From Candidatus Pacearchaeota archaeon (GTDB taxonomy: Archaea; Nanobdellota; Nanobdellia; UBA10117; JABICX01), in contig JAFCGM010000002.1 of the NCBI GenBank assembly GCA_017608025.1, forward strand, positions 6,250-70,249: a stretch of DNA of 64,000 nt, in the 5' to 3' direction. Within the stretch, counting starts at the first letter, position 1; the number at the start of each line of letters is the position of its first letter. Shown piece after piece: positions 45,625-54,412 of this stretch. Made by a program: the position numbers and the translations under genes. Under the pieces are notes generated by a model. The model worked only from the letters and a program-made list of their open reading frames with translations. It was not told where the DNA came from and searched no databases.

Positions 45625-46104
45625 TCATACAGCACCAATCTTATCAAAATCAATATCTCTTTTTTTAGTTAAGTCTTCAGGAATCCGATATTCTTCCCAT
45701 CTCACTTTTTTCTTTTGTATGGCTTCTTTTAAATTCTGTTCAATCGGAGACAACCATGATTTTCCACTTTTTATTTCAACAAAAACAACTTCTTCAATTT
45801 CTTTCTTATCCATACCTTTGAATACAATTAAGTCGATTGGCTTTCCTACAAATCTACATTCAGTAGGTAAATGCTTAAAATCTGGAAGGAATGGTGCTAA
45901 TTGCTCGGAAAATTGACCTCCGAGAACTGCTCTTGACTTTAGAATTGCATCTTTTCTTTGGTTTGGAAGTTCAGATTCCCAGTATATATCTCGTTTGAAA
46001 GCTCCACTTTTCTGTCCGAAGTTGTATGCTGCGATGATACCAATTAGGAACAATGCGATTACTATTATAATTATGAATTCCATTAAAAACAAGTAGCTAC
46101 GCAA
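45625..46104 (-). CDS. Membrane-anchored PD-(D/E)xK nuclease-fold protein
   Basis: N-terminal TM helix. IDLIVF...VVFVEIKSGKS fits the D...ExK motif. Confidence 0.4.
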   Translation of the reverse strand: MRSYLFLMEFIIIIVIALFLIGIIAAYNFGQKSGAFKRDIYWESELPNQRKDAILKSRAVLGGQFSEQLAPFLPDFKHLPTECRFVGKPIDLIVFKGMDKKEIEEVVFVEIKSGKSWLSPIEQNLKEAIQKKKVRWEEYRIPEDLTKKRDIDFDKIGAV

Positions 46105-46155
46105 ACGTTAAAAGTCTTTATTTTTCGCCAAGAGCAAGTTAGTTTGTATTATTCG

Positions 46156-46860
46156 TCAAAGCTGGTTAAAGCATCTCTTGAAGTTCTTTTCGATCTGTTC
46201 CTCAACATCTTCTGGGGAGAACTTCTTTATTCTGGCAATCTCCCTAATTACTTTTTTTATGCTTGTTTTTGGGTTGTCTGTTATATACGGGAAATCTGTT
46301 TCTGTTAAGATTCGCGAAAGAGGAACTATTTCAACTAGCTTCTTAACTTCTGGATACTTGAAGATGAAAGTGTTGATTGAAAAGTAGAATTTAGACTTTA
46401 TGTCTTCAATTAATTCTGGGTTTCCTGTGTATGAATGAATTACTGCCTTTCCATTATAATTTTTAAGCATTTTTGCAACTACTCCTTCTGCCTGCCTGCA
46501 GTGTATAATCACTGGCTTGTTTATCTGCTTTGCAAGCTTCAGAATTTCGCTGAAGTATTTTTTGTGCACAGGCCTTTCTGTTTTTGATGAATATTTATAG
46601 TCAAGCCCTACTTCGCCGACTGCGACTATTTTGTTTTTTTTATTTTTTATTTCTTCAAACTCGGCATAAATTTCCTTTTCAAGATATTCGGAAAATCTTG
46701 TTGGATGGAAACCGATTGCTGCAAAAACATTTTCATATTTTTCAGAAAATTTTAGAACTTCTTTATTTGACTCTGGGTCAAGACCGTTTACTATTACAGG
46801 AATGTTCTTGTATTTTTTAAAATCTTTTTCTTTTGCATGTGAATGTGCGTCGTATAGCAT
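46156..46860 (-). CDS. tatD: TatD-family deoxyribonuclease/hydrolase
   Basis: MLYDAHSHA..., HCRQAEG, VIHSYTG and TETDFPYI TatD motifs. The upstream extension in the ORF track is repeat-derived. Confidence 0.8.
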   Translation of the reverse strand: MLYDAHSHAKEKDFKKYKNIPVIVNGLDPESNKEVLKFSEKYENVFAAIGFHPTRFSEYLEKEIYAEFEEIKNKKNKIVAVGEVGLDYKYSSKTERPVHKKYFSEILKLAKQINKPVIIHCRQAEGVVAKMLKNYNGKAVIHSYTGNPELIEDIKSKFYFSINTFIFKYPEVKKLVEIVPLSRILTETDFPYITDNPKTSIKKVIREIARIKKFSPEDVEEQIEKNFKRCFNQL

Positions 46861-46914
46861 TACACAATAACCTCGATTATTACTCTTATTAATGAGTAAT
46901 GTATGTACCAGTCC

Positions 46915-46980
46915 TTCTAGCCAAGGGACACAAGCTGGTCGTGTACAGCAGAGCTGCACACAACTTAAACCTTAATCTCA
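46915..46980 (-). repeat. Family-A short element (66 bp) flanked by 39-bp direct repeats
   Basis: ttctagccaagggacacaagctggtcgtgtacagcagagctgcacacaac... between attattactcttRttaatgagtaatgtatgtaccagtcc copies at 46876 and 46981. Confidence 0.7.
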
Positions 46981-47019
46981 ATTATTACTCTTGTTAATGA
47001 GTAATGTATGTACCAGTCC

Positions 47020-47078
47020 GTTTCGCCCGGACTGTGCGAAAGCGCATTGCTTCGCAATGCACTATACTTTTATTTCAG
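47020..47078. repeat. Family-C structured element (copy 1), nested next to the family-A copy
   Basis: gtccg-tttcgcc-cggac hairpin plus gcgcattgc-ttc-gcaatgcac hairpin. 96 bp between flanking repeat copies. Confidence 0.65.
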
Positions 47079-47832
47079 TTATTACTCTTGTTAATGAATG
47101 ATGTACATACCATTCAAACTCATTTATTACATTATATTTTGATAGGTCTAATTTAAGGGTTTTGGGTCGAATGAAAATTATCTTGTGATTTTTCTTCACG
47201 ATTTTATGTGCTTCTTCTAAAAAAGAGTTGTAAAGAGTTTTTATTTTTTTGCCGGCGAGAGTCGAGCTTTTTCCATATGGAGGATCGCAAACAATTGCTT
47301 CAATTTTATCAGAGAACAATGAAGATATGTTTGTAGCATCTCCAATAATCACCTGCCAATCTTTTCCTTCCCTTATGTTATATTTATCAGAATAAAATCT
47401 AAGATTGGTTTTGGAAGCTTGTGCAGCTTTCCATTTAATATCTATTCCTATTCCTTTAATTCCAAGAATAGCACTTTCCAAAATAATAGAACCTGTTCCG
47501 CAAAAGGGATCTACAATTTGATTCTTAGCTTCAGACAAGTTAATTAAAAGACGGGCAAGCTTTGGTTTTAGTGCTGTTGGATGAAATGCTGGCTTTTTCT
47601 GAGGTTCTCGGTCCAGAAACTGACCAGATTTTCTTTCCCATATGCAATAATCATTTAAGTAAGCTTTTTTTATTCCTGCGCTTTTTACACACAAATCAAT
47701 TATTTTCTTAGAAGGAATTTTTTTGCTGAAAAATACATAATTTTCTTTTAATTTAGAATTAACATTAAAAAGGATATCAACCTCCCGCTTAAATGCGGAC
47801 AGGTTTTCTCCAGAAATTCTCAGCTTAATCAT
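47062..47832 (-). CDS. tRNA (guanine-N2)-methyltransferase, Trm11/Trm-G10-like
   Basis: DPFCGTGS (motif I) and DPPYG (motif IV). Confidence 0.6.
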   Translation of the reverse strand: MIKLRISGENLSAFKREVDILFNVNSKLKENYVFFSKKIPSKKIIDLCVKSAGIKKAYLNDYCIWERKSGQFLDREPQKKPAFHPTALKPKLARLLINLSEAKNQIVDPFCGTGSIILESAILGIKGIGIDIKWKAAQASKTNLRFYSDKYNIREGKDWQVIIGDATNISSLFSDKIEAIVCDPPYGKSSTLAGKKIKTLYNSFLEEAHKIVKKNHKIIFIRPKTLKLDLSKYNVINEFEWYVHHSLTRVITEIKV

Positions 47833-48044
47833 TTATTTTCTTTTCTTTAAGAGCATCTTTTCGATTTTCTTGTCAAGTGAAATACCTTTTTCTACAAGGT
47901 GCTCAATTTTGCTGTCCATTTTGGAAAGTTTTCTATCCATAAGGACAATGTATCTAAGGCTCCACACTATTCCAAGAAGTAATCCTAAAATTGCTCCATT
48001 TAAAATTAGGTCACCAACACCAATAGCCATAATTTACCTCCAGA

Positions 48045-48440
48045 TTATTCTGCTTCCTCTTCCAAAGACTCTTTTTCCTTTTCTCTGTAAACAGAAGCAA
48101 AAGATGGAGTTGCTACTAAAAAATTCTCTCCAAATCCTGCGATGTCTCCGTCATTTGCTTCCAGAGTCTTCTTTAGCTTTTCAATTGCCCTTTTCAAAGC
48201 AAGTCTATCTTTCTCTCTCAGAGGAGCAATATTTATCAAAGCAATTGTATATCCTTCACGTATTGCATGAATTATATCTTTGACATCTTCAAATTTTTCA
48301 AGTTTGAAAGGTCGTACGTTTATTTTTGCTTTGGATTGTTTAACATTAGCCTCAAGCTCAACATATTCATCGCCAAGCTCTATCTCTTTGTCTTTCTTGA
48401 AAAGACTTGAAATATTTCCAAAAATCTTTGATTTATCCAT
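48045..48440 (-). CDS. sepF: Cell-division protein SepF homologue
   Basis: ...DVKDIIHAIREGYTIALINIAPLREKDRLALKRAIEKL...GDIAGFGENFLVATP SepF/DUF552 pattern. Confidence 0.6.
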   Translation of the reverse strand: MDKSKIFGNISSLFKKDKEIELGDEYVELEANVKQSKAKINVRPFKLEKFEDVKDIIHAIREGYTIALINIAPLREKDRLALKRAIEKLKKTLEANDGDIAGFGENFLVATPSFASVYREKEKESLEEEAE

Positions 48441-48506
48441 CTAAATCACCTTTAACTAATTGTTTAATGATTTTGTTTTAATAAAAGGTTTTTGCTTGCT
48501 GAGTAA

Positions 48507-48761
48507 TTATTTATTCAAGTCCTCAAGCAAGAAGGCTAAATTGTAAATTTGAGTTCTGACCAGGGGCGACAAGTTTGGGTCCTGGCTTAATTCATCTGTT
48601 TTCTGAATTGCAGAATCAATCTTTACACCAAGCTCAATTTCTTCATTGTCAAAAGAAGCTTTTATTATCTTAAGGCTTTCCTTTACGTTTCGAGGGACTG
48701 AGCAGTCTTCACATAACTCGTTTATTAGTTCCAGCACTTCTGAGATGTCTGCATCATCCAT
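48507..48761 (-). CDS. Small acidic hypothetical protein (UPF0147-like)
   Basis: 84 aa, alpha-helical. Confidence 0.3.
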   Translation of the reverse strand: MDDADISEVLELINELCEDCSVPRNVKESLKIIKASFDNEEIELGVKIDSAIQKTDELSQDPNLSPLVRTQIYNLAFLLEDLNK

Positions 48762-48770
48762 TTTAACTCC

Positions 48771-49130
48771 TTATTTTAGAGACTTCATTAGTTCTGCTTG
48801 TATTTTTTCAAGCTCCTCTTTTGTGGAATTCTCTTCTTTTTCAATATTTTTTATTCTAGAATCTAATTCATCTTTTCTATGATTTAACTCTTTCTGAATT
48901 TCATCGCGTGTTCTTTTAAGCATTAGCTGACCAGAAATCTTGTAAACAGTTTTGTCAGAAGGTCGAAGCTCATTTAAAGCATTTTCAATTTCAAGTTTTT
49001 CTGTTTGAATTTCCTGAATTTGCGAAGAAAGTGTTTGCATCTTTTGCTGAAGAACTTGAAGCTGCATGAATTTATGCTGCAATTCCTGTTGCTTTTTTTC
49101 ATCTTTTTTCTGCTCTTTTTGTTTTGCCAT
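48771..49130 (-). CDS. pfdB: Prefoldin beta subunit
   Basis: Coiled-coil/beta-hairpin/coiled-coil layout. Q-rich heptads. Confidence 0.65.
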   Translation of the reverse strand: MAKQKEQKKDEKKQQELQHKFMQLQVLQQKMQTLSSQIQEIQTEKLEIENALNELRPSDKTVYKISGQLMLKRTRDEIQKELNHRKDELDSRIKNIEKEENSTKEELEKIQAELMKSLK

Positions 49131-49368
49131 TTTTATTTATCTCTTTCCATATCTTTTCAACAATGGAAATTTGAGTAGTTATGGAAGACATTACTGCCCG
49201 AAAAGCAGTAGCGTCTTTAGCTTTGACATTTATTGTCACTGAGTTTCCAAGCTTTTTCAAAGTGTATTTTGCTCGGGAAGTTTTGAAATCCTTTTCTGGC
49301 TCGAGAATCTGTCGTATGCCTTTGATAAGCTCAGAGCTATCTTTTATTTTTATTTTGGCTTCAAACAT
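49099..49368 (-). CDS. Pcc1-like KEOPS subunit (tentative)
   Basis: ~85-aa alpha/beta protein ...VKAKDATAFRAVMSSI... Sits at the position commonly next to pfdB. Confidence 0.4.
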   Translation of the reverse strand: MFEAKIKIKDSSELIKGIRQILEPEKDFKTSRAKYTLKKLGNSVTINVKAKDATAFRAVMSSITTQISIVEKIWKEINKNGKTKRAEKR

Positions 49369-49374
49369 TATTAT

Positions 49375-49512
49375 TTAACGTGCCTTAACTTTTTTAAGCA
49401 CTGGCGGTCTAGATTTTACAAGTATTCTTGAACCGCAATATGGACAAATAATTCTTCTTCTAATGCTTTTGGGATCAATTTCTTTTCCGCACTCAAAACA
49501 TTTATATGCCAT
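49375..49512 (-). CDS. rpoP: DNA-directed RNA polymerase subunit P (Rpb12), 45 aa, missed by the ORF track (<60 aa)
   Basis: Minus-strand translation MAYKCFECGKEIDPKSIRRRIICPYCGSRILVKSRPPVLKKVKAR*, a C4 zinc ribbon. Confidence 0.8.
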   Translation of the reverse strand: MAYKCFECGKEIDPKSIRRRIICPYCGSRILVKSRPPVLKKVKAR

Positions 49513-49526
49513 TTTAACTTTGAATA

Positions 49527-49748
49527 TTAAACCTTAATTTCAGGAGAATATGCTTTTGCTGCGAATTTTGAATTACAGCTTTTGCAATACCAAATTCCTG
49601 CTGAAATTCTTTTTACAGACTTTTTAAAGCAAAAAGGGCATTTCTGCTTTTTCTTTAGAATAGATTCTATTTTCAAAACTCGTTTTTTTATTCCAAAACC
49701 ATATCTTGCGCCAAATCTTCCCGTAGAACCTAAAGTTTTAAGAGCCAT
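49527..49748 (-). CDS. rpl37ae: Ribosomal protein L37ae (eL43)
   Basis: GRFGARYG...CPFC...CKSC zinc ribbon. Confidence 0.9.
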   Translation of the reverse strand: MALKTLGSTGRFGARYGFGIKKRVLKIESILKKKQKCPFCFKKSVKRISAGIWYCKSCNSKFAAKAYSPEIKV

Positions 49749-49873
49749 TTTTTCTCCTTATTTTCAATTACTTTTAAAGAGTATTTAAAAGCTTTTCTCT
49801 CCCTTTTCTTTAGAAAAGAAAAGGTAAGTTTCCAAAAGAAAACAATTTTAACTCTTACCAATAATTTATTTCC

Positions 49874-50566
49874 ATGAAAACTTTGTTTGTTCCTGTTTAT
49901 TCAGAAAAAGAAATTTCAGATTTGCTGGAAAAATCTTTGAAAAAACTGAAAAGCAATAAATCTGTAGCAATATTCACAACAATCCAGCACATAAAAAAAT
50001 TGAAAGAAGCTGAAGAATTTTACAAAAAAAATGGGTTTAATACTGAAGTTTTGAAATCCATTAAAAAATCTAGCCAGGGAATAAAAGCAAAAGAAAAAGG
50101 CCTGGTTCTTGGGTGTGATGCAAGCGGAGCAGGAAAAGCAAAATCAGAAATTATTATTTACATTGGATCTGGAAACTTTCATCCAGCAGGAATTTTTCTT
50201 AATTCTGGAAAAAAAGTTCTGCAATTAAATCCTGAAACAAAAGAAATTGGATTTTTTGATGAAAAGGAAATTCAGAAATTCCTTGCAAAAAAAGCAGCAA
50301 GAATGCAAAAACTAAAAGATGCAAAAAAAGTCGGAATTTGGATATCAACCAAACCCGGCCAGTTCAATGAAAATCTGGCAAGACAAATTAAAAAAAAGCT
50401 TGAAAAGCAGGAAAAGAAAGTTTTTGTTTTTGTCTCTGATATGTTATCTGCTGAAGAAATGCTAAATTTTCGGGATATTGAAGTATGGGTAAATACTGCG
50501 TGTCCGAGGATTGTTGAGGATCAAGAAAAGTTTCCAAAAACGATTGTAAATGCTGAAGAGATATAA
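49874..50566 (+). CDS. dph2: Diphthamide synthesis protein Dph2-like (short form)
   Basis: Three-subdomain repeats with conserved Cys (LVLGCDASG, NTACPR). Confidence 0.6.
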   Translation: MKTLFVPVYSEKEISDLLEKSLKKLKSNKSVAIFTTIQHIKKLKEAEEFYKKNGFNTEVLKSIKKSSQGIKAKEKGLVLGCDASGAGKAKSEIIIYIGSGNFHPAGIFLNSGKKVLQLNPETKEIGFFDEKEIQKFLAKKAARMQKLKDAKKVGIWISTKPGQFNENLARQIKKKLEKQEKKVFVFVSDMLSAEEMLNFRDIEVWVNTACPRIVEDQEKFPKTIVNAEEI

Positions 50567-50606
50567 TCGCAATACTTATAAACCCATTAAAACAAGAAAT
50601 AGTAAA

Positions 50607-50864
50607 ATGGCATTTAACCCTGTTGTTGAAGAGTTATCTAAGAATGAACTTAAAGTTATTTTCAAGAACATTGACAATGGATTCTGCAATCTTTTAAAAA
50701 AGAAACTGTGGTCTTACAAAGAAACAACTTCAACAGGTTTTCGAGTTACTCATTCTGAAGTTGGTGTTGTTGAATTTTTTCTAAAAACAAAAGGAAAAGA
50801 TGCAAAAAAAGTCTGGAACCAGGCAATCTCTGACCTTTCAAAAGATTTTTCAAAAATTAAATGA
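50607..50864 (+). CDS. rpoL: DNA-directed RNA polymerase subunit L (Rpb11)
   Basis: ...KVIFKNIDNGFCNLLKKKL...GFRVTHSEVG...LKTKG... RpoL pattern. Start taken at MAFNPV. Confidence 0.7.
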   Translation: MAFNPVVEELSKNELKVIFKNIDNGFCNLLKKKLWSYKETTSTGFRVTHSEVGVVEFFLKTKGKDAKKVWNQAISDLSKDFSKIK

Positions 50865-51415
50865 AACTTTCTGAAAAGCAAAAAAAAGAAATTCTAACTG
50901 TTGCAAGAAAAGTAATAGCTTCTGAATTCAAGAAAAATGAGAGTCTCGAAATTTCTTCTTCACTAAGAGAAGTTATTTCAAAGATTGGTGGAATTTATGT
51001 TACATTGAAAAAAAATAACAAACTCCGAGGAAGAAGCGGAAGTGCTGAACAGGAAATTTTAGGAAAGTCTCTTATTGAGCATTCAAAGAAAGCTGCTTTT
51101 GAAGACCAAAGATTCAATCCAGTTCAAAAGGACGAACTTGATGAAATTAAAATTGAGCTTGTAATAATTTCAGAACTTGAAGCTGTTTCTGGAGAAGATG
51201 CTGTTGAAAAAATCAATATTGGTAAAACTGGAATTATATTAAAAAGTGGTGCTTATTCTTCTGTTATTTTACCAAATGAAGCAAAAGAAAAAAATTGGGA
51301 CAAGAAAGAGCTTCTTGAACAGGCCTGCATAAAAGCTGGTTTGCTTCCAGATGCTTGGCTAGATGTTACAACCACAATATATTTATTTCATGGAGAAGTA
51401 ATTTCAGAAGAATGA
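50861..51415 (+). CDS. AMMECR1-domain protein
   Basis: Full-length AMMECR1 fold (...GGIYVTLKK...LRGRSGS...CIKAGL...). Confidence 0.8.
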   Translation: MKLSEKQKKEILTVARKVIASEFKKNESLEISSSLREVISKIGGIYVTLKKNNKLRGRSGSAEQEILGKSLIEHSKKAAFEDQRFNPVQKDELDEIKIELVIISELEAVSGEDAVEKINIGKTGIILKSGAYSSVILPNEAKEKNWDKKELLEQACIKAGLLPDAWLDVTTTIYLFHGEVISEE

Positions 51416-51999
51416 AGCTTAGCACGGAAATAGGTTCTGAAAAAATAAAGAGCATTCTGAAGAGAATTTGGAAATTTCTTATTTATGACCAGTCAATATG
51501 GTCTTATCTTGCTGATGCTGTAATTATAATTATAGTGGGAAAATTTATTATTCTTCCTGTTCTTGGTCTCTTTTTAGGTACTCCGTTACCTGTTGTTGGC
51601 GTGACAAGCTCTTCAATGGACCATTATGGAAAAGATTTTGATTCTTGGTGGGAAGAAAATCGAGATTGGTACTTAGAAAGAAACATAAACAAAGAGGAAT
51701 TTGAGAATTTTGATTTTAACAATGGTTTTAAAAAAGGCTCTGGGCTAGTTTTAGTTGGGGTAGATAAAAAAGAACTATGTGTTGGTGATGTTATTGTTTT
51801 TTCGTCTCCAAAAGGCCCAATAATTCATCGCATTATTTCAAAAGAACCGCTGCAAACAAAAGGGGATGCAAATTCTGGGCAATTGGCTTTTGAAAAGGAA
51901 ATTTCAGAAGAAAGAATTGAAGGAAAGGCTGTTGTTTGGATTCCATTGGTTGGATGGCCAACAGCAATTGTTGAAGATATTAAAGGAATTGCAAAATGA
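51409..51999 (+). CDS. Signal peptidase I (archaeal Sec11-type)
   Basis: TM anchor, catalytic Ser box VVGVTSSSM, GDVIVF, HRII, KGDANSG. Confidence 0.75.
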   Translation, partial: RMKLSTEIGSEKIKSILKRIWKFLIYDQSIWSYLADAVIIIIVGKFIILPVLGLFLGTPLPVVGVTSSSMDHYGKDFDSWWEENRDWYLERNINKEEFENFDFNNGFKKGSGLVLVGVDKKELCVGDVIVFSSPKGPIIHRIISKEPLQTKGDANSGQLAFEKEISEERIEGKAVVWIPLVGWPTAIVEDIKGIAK

Positions 52000-52328
52000 A
52001 ATCTGGAAAAAAAATTGCAAAAGAAAGAATTAACATTCTTTTTCGAGAAGCTGAAAAAATTTTTAATGAAAATCCTGCTCTTTCAAAAAGATATGTTTTT
52101 ATTGCAAGAAAAATCGCTATGAAAAGCAATATAAAACTAAGTTCTGAGCAGAAAAGAAAAGTATGCAAAAAGTGCAGGGCTTTTCTTTTTCCTGGAAAAA
52201 ACTGTATTGTTCGAACAAATTCAAAAACAAAATCTGTTGAATATCTTTGCAAGGATTGTGGAAATAAAAATCGATACGGATATTCTAAAGAAAAAAGTTC
52301 TTTGAGAAGGCGCTCGCTGAAAGAATAA
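51996..52328 (+). CDS. rnp4: RNase P protein subunit Rpp21 (Rpr2)
   Basis: CKKCRAFLFPGKNCIVR...CKDCG zinc ribbon with a basic N-terminus. Confidence 0.8.
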   Translation: MKSGKKIAKERINILFREAEKIFNENPALSKRYVFIARKIAMKSNIKLSSEQKRKVCKKCRAFLFPGKNCIVRTNSKTKSVEYLCKDCGNKNRYGYSKEKSSLRRRSLKE

Positions 52329-52505
52329 CTTTAAATCTGCTGGCTTTTCTTTTAGAAAAAGAAAACCTAAGTTGCCAAAAGAAAACTAATTAATTCTGAA
52401 AGAATAACTTTAAATCTGCTGGCTTTTCTTTTAGAAAAAGAAAACCTAAGTTGCCAAAAGAAAACTAATTAATTCTGAAAGAATAACTTTAAATCTAGTG
52501 AGTGT
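52316..52505. repeat. 85-bp direct repeat x2.2 that begins inside the Rpp21 stop region; each unit contains a family-E element
   Basis: gaaagaataactttaaatctgctggcttttcttttagaaaaagaaaacctaagttgccaaaagaaaactaattaattct x2, plus a third 20-bp partial. Confidence 0.85.
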
Positions 52506-52517
52506 TTAAAATATTTA

Positions 52518-52787
52518 ATGAAAAGAGAATTAATTCCGGCAATTCAAATTGGCTTGACTTTAGCTATTTTTTGGAGTTTAGTTTTCTTTTTTTCAACAAT
52601 CCTACATATACTTACTGGATATCCTGGTGCTGGATTCCTAAATGTTTTCAAAAGCATATATCTTGGTTACAACATATCCTGGGGCGGTGCAGTTGTTGGT
52701 CTAATTTGGGCTTTTATTGACGGCTTCTTGGTTGGATACATTTTTGTAAGAATTTATGAAATAATTGGAAAAAAGATAAATCCTTAA
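52518..52787 (+). CDS. Small membrane protein
   Basis: Three TM helices. Confidence 0.35.
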   Translation: MKRELIPAIQIGLTLAIFWSLVFFFSTILHILTGYPGAGFLNVFKSIYLGYNISWGGAVVGLIWAFIDGFLVGYIFVRIYEIIGKKINP

Positions 52788-52805
52788 AAACTTCAAAGCA
52801 GAGCT

Positions 52806-52862
52806 GTCCGTCTCGCCCGGACTGTGCGGAAGCGCACATACGCTAACGCGTAGTGCACTGTA
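52806..52862. repeat. Family-C structured element (copy 2)
   Basis: gtccgtctcgcccggactgtgcggaagcgcacatacgctaacgcgtagtgcactgta. Same hairpin positions as copy 1, with compensatory changes. Confidence 0.65.
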
Positions 52863-53546
52863 TTATAAGTAGTGTTTTTCTTGATTGGAAGAAGAATAAG
52901 CTATTTCTCCGAATTCGCAATACTGGCAGGTTGCGTCCATGGAAATCCAATTCTGAGTTTCCTTGTACTTCGCTCTTGCTTCTGGAATTTCTGCTTGGAC
53001 ATAAACATGGCCTGGAACAAAAACCAATCGCGTTCTAATTCCAATTGCTTCAAGAAGAGTTGAAAGAAGTACTGATGCGTCGTCGCAATCTCCACCCTGA
53101 TTTACAAGAGACTCTTTTGCTGTTTTTATGTATTCAAATGCTTTTGGATCTGAGATATAATTAAAATTCTGCTTTACAAAGTAAAAGATTGCTTTTGCCT
53201 GGCAAGTTTTGCTTCCTGATGGGCAATTTGATTCTGACACAATTCTGTCTGCAATTCCTTTTATCTCTGAATCCACAATAATATATTCTTTGTAATTTGA
53301 GGAATTAATTCTTGAGTATTTCATATTTGAATAAACAACATCCTTGATTTTAGGAATGTTTTGCGGGGACGGGTCAAGAGGGATTATGTAATATGAAACA
53401 AGAGACACTAAAAAAACAAAAATTAGGAATCCTGCAATAATGTATTTGAATCCAGATTTCTTAAATTTTGTCCAAGTATCTTCTATTTCATCTTCTGCAT
53501 CTTCAGCAAAATCCTCAATATCCTCCCAGAAATTGTCTTTTTTCAT
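52863..53546 (-). CDS. Transglutaminase-like cysteine-protease-fold membrane protein
   Basis: GGDCDDASVLLSTLLEAIGI...GH Cys-His core. N-terminal TM helix. Confidence 0.65.
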   Translation of the reverse strand: MKKDNFWEDIEDFAEDAEDEIEDTWTKFKKSGFKYIIAGFLIFVFLVSLVSYYIIPLDPSPQNIPKIKDVVYSNMKYSRINSSNYKEYIIVDSEIKGIADRIVSESNCPSGSKTCQAKAIFYFVKQNFNYISDPKAFEYIKTAKESLVNQGGDCDDASVLLSTLLEAIGIRTRLVFVPGHVYVQAEIPEARAKYKETQNWISMDATCQYCEFGEIAYSSSNQEKHYL

Positions 53547-53755
53547 ATTATTTTTATTAATTTGGTTGAAGAGCTTAGTCCGCGAATTATTTCAACCTTG
53601 CAGTTTAATTGCTTTTCAAGGAATTTTATCAAATGCTGGTTGGCTTTTCCCTGAATGGGCTTTGCTTTTATAGCAATTCTAATGAAACCCTTTTCTTTTT
53701 CCAAAATTTCGTCTTTTTTTGCATTTGCTTTTACTTTTACTTTAATTATTTCCAT
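53543..53755 (-). CDS. DUF167/YggU-family protein
   Basis: MEIIKVKVKANAKKDEI...IRIAIKAKPIQGKANQHLIKFL pattern. Confidence 0.6.
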   Translation of the reverse strand: MEIIKVKVKANAKKDEILEKEKGFIRIAIKAKPIQGKANQHLIKFLEKQLNCKVEIIRGLSSSTKLIKII

Positions 53756-54278
53756 TTGACCAAATTTCCTCAAAATATGCGTTGTACTTCTCAGCAATTG
53801 TTCTTGATTTTATTAAAATATTTGCCTCATTATTTCTGTTAAGAGAGTAATAACGCCAGTTTGAAGAGCCGAGTATTGTTGTTTCTGAATCAATAATTAT
53901 CAGCTTTGCATGAGTTGTCTGGGCGGTGCCGTCATACTTGACTGAAATATTGTTCTTTCTTAAATATTTAACTGCTTTTTCAATCTCTTCTGGATATTCG
54001 TCAAAGATTACTTTCACATCAATGCCACAGGATTTTGCAGAAGCAAGAGCTTCTAGAATTTGATTTGCTGAAGAGTCTGGATAAGAATTATAGTATGTGG
54101 CAGAGAACATTGCAACATAAATAGACTCATCTGCCTTGTTTATTTCATTTAGAAGTGCAGGAACATAATCTCGGTTATTTATAACTTGTATTTCTGTAGA
54201 GGTTTGGTAGAAAATAAAAAAAACAAGCGGGAGGGAAAGCAATAAAGCAATTAAGATTATGTGTTTGTTTTTCATCAT
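53742..54278 (-). CDS. Secreted PLD-superfamily (HKD) nuclease/phosphodiesterase
   Basis: HAKLIIIDSETTILGSSNW (HxK(x)4D(x)6GSxN) with a signal peptide. The ATGATG start abuts a family-A element. Confidence 0.75.
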   Translation of the reverse strand: MMKNKHIILIALLLSLPLVFFIFYQTSTEIQVINNRDYVPALLNEINKADESIYVAMFSATYYNSYPDSSANQILEALASAKSCGIDVKVIFDEYPEEIEKAVKYLRKNNISVKYDGTAQTTHAKLIIIDSETTILGSSNWRYYSLNRNNEANILIKSRTIAEKYNAYFEEIWSNGNN

Positions 54279-54395
54279 CTGTCCTTCTGCTGAAGCCATC
54301 CACAGAGCCCTTTTGGAAAAAGCGCTCGCGGAAAACGGCAAATGCGGTCGTGTAAAGCTTTGCTTCACACACGGTTTAATTCTGGTTTTAGTCCT
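54279..54395 (-). repeat. Family-A element (copy A9) filling the thrS-PLD intergenic region
   Basis: ctgtccttctgctgaagccatccacag...gcggtcgtgtaaagctttgcttcacacacgg... The gtgtaaagc/gcttcacac hairpin is shared with A3a. Confidence 0.7.
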
Positions 54396-54412
54396 TATTC
54401 TAAAGATATTGC

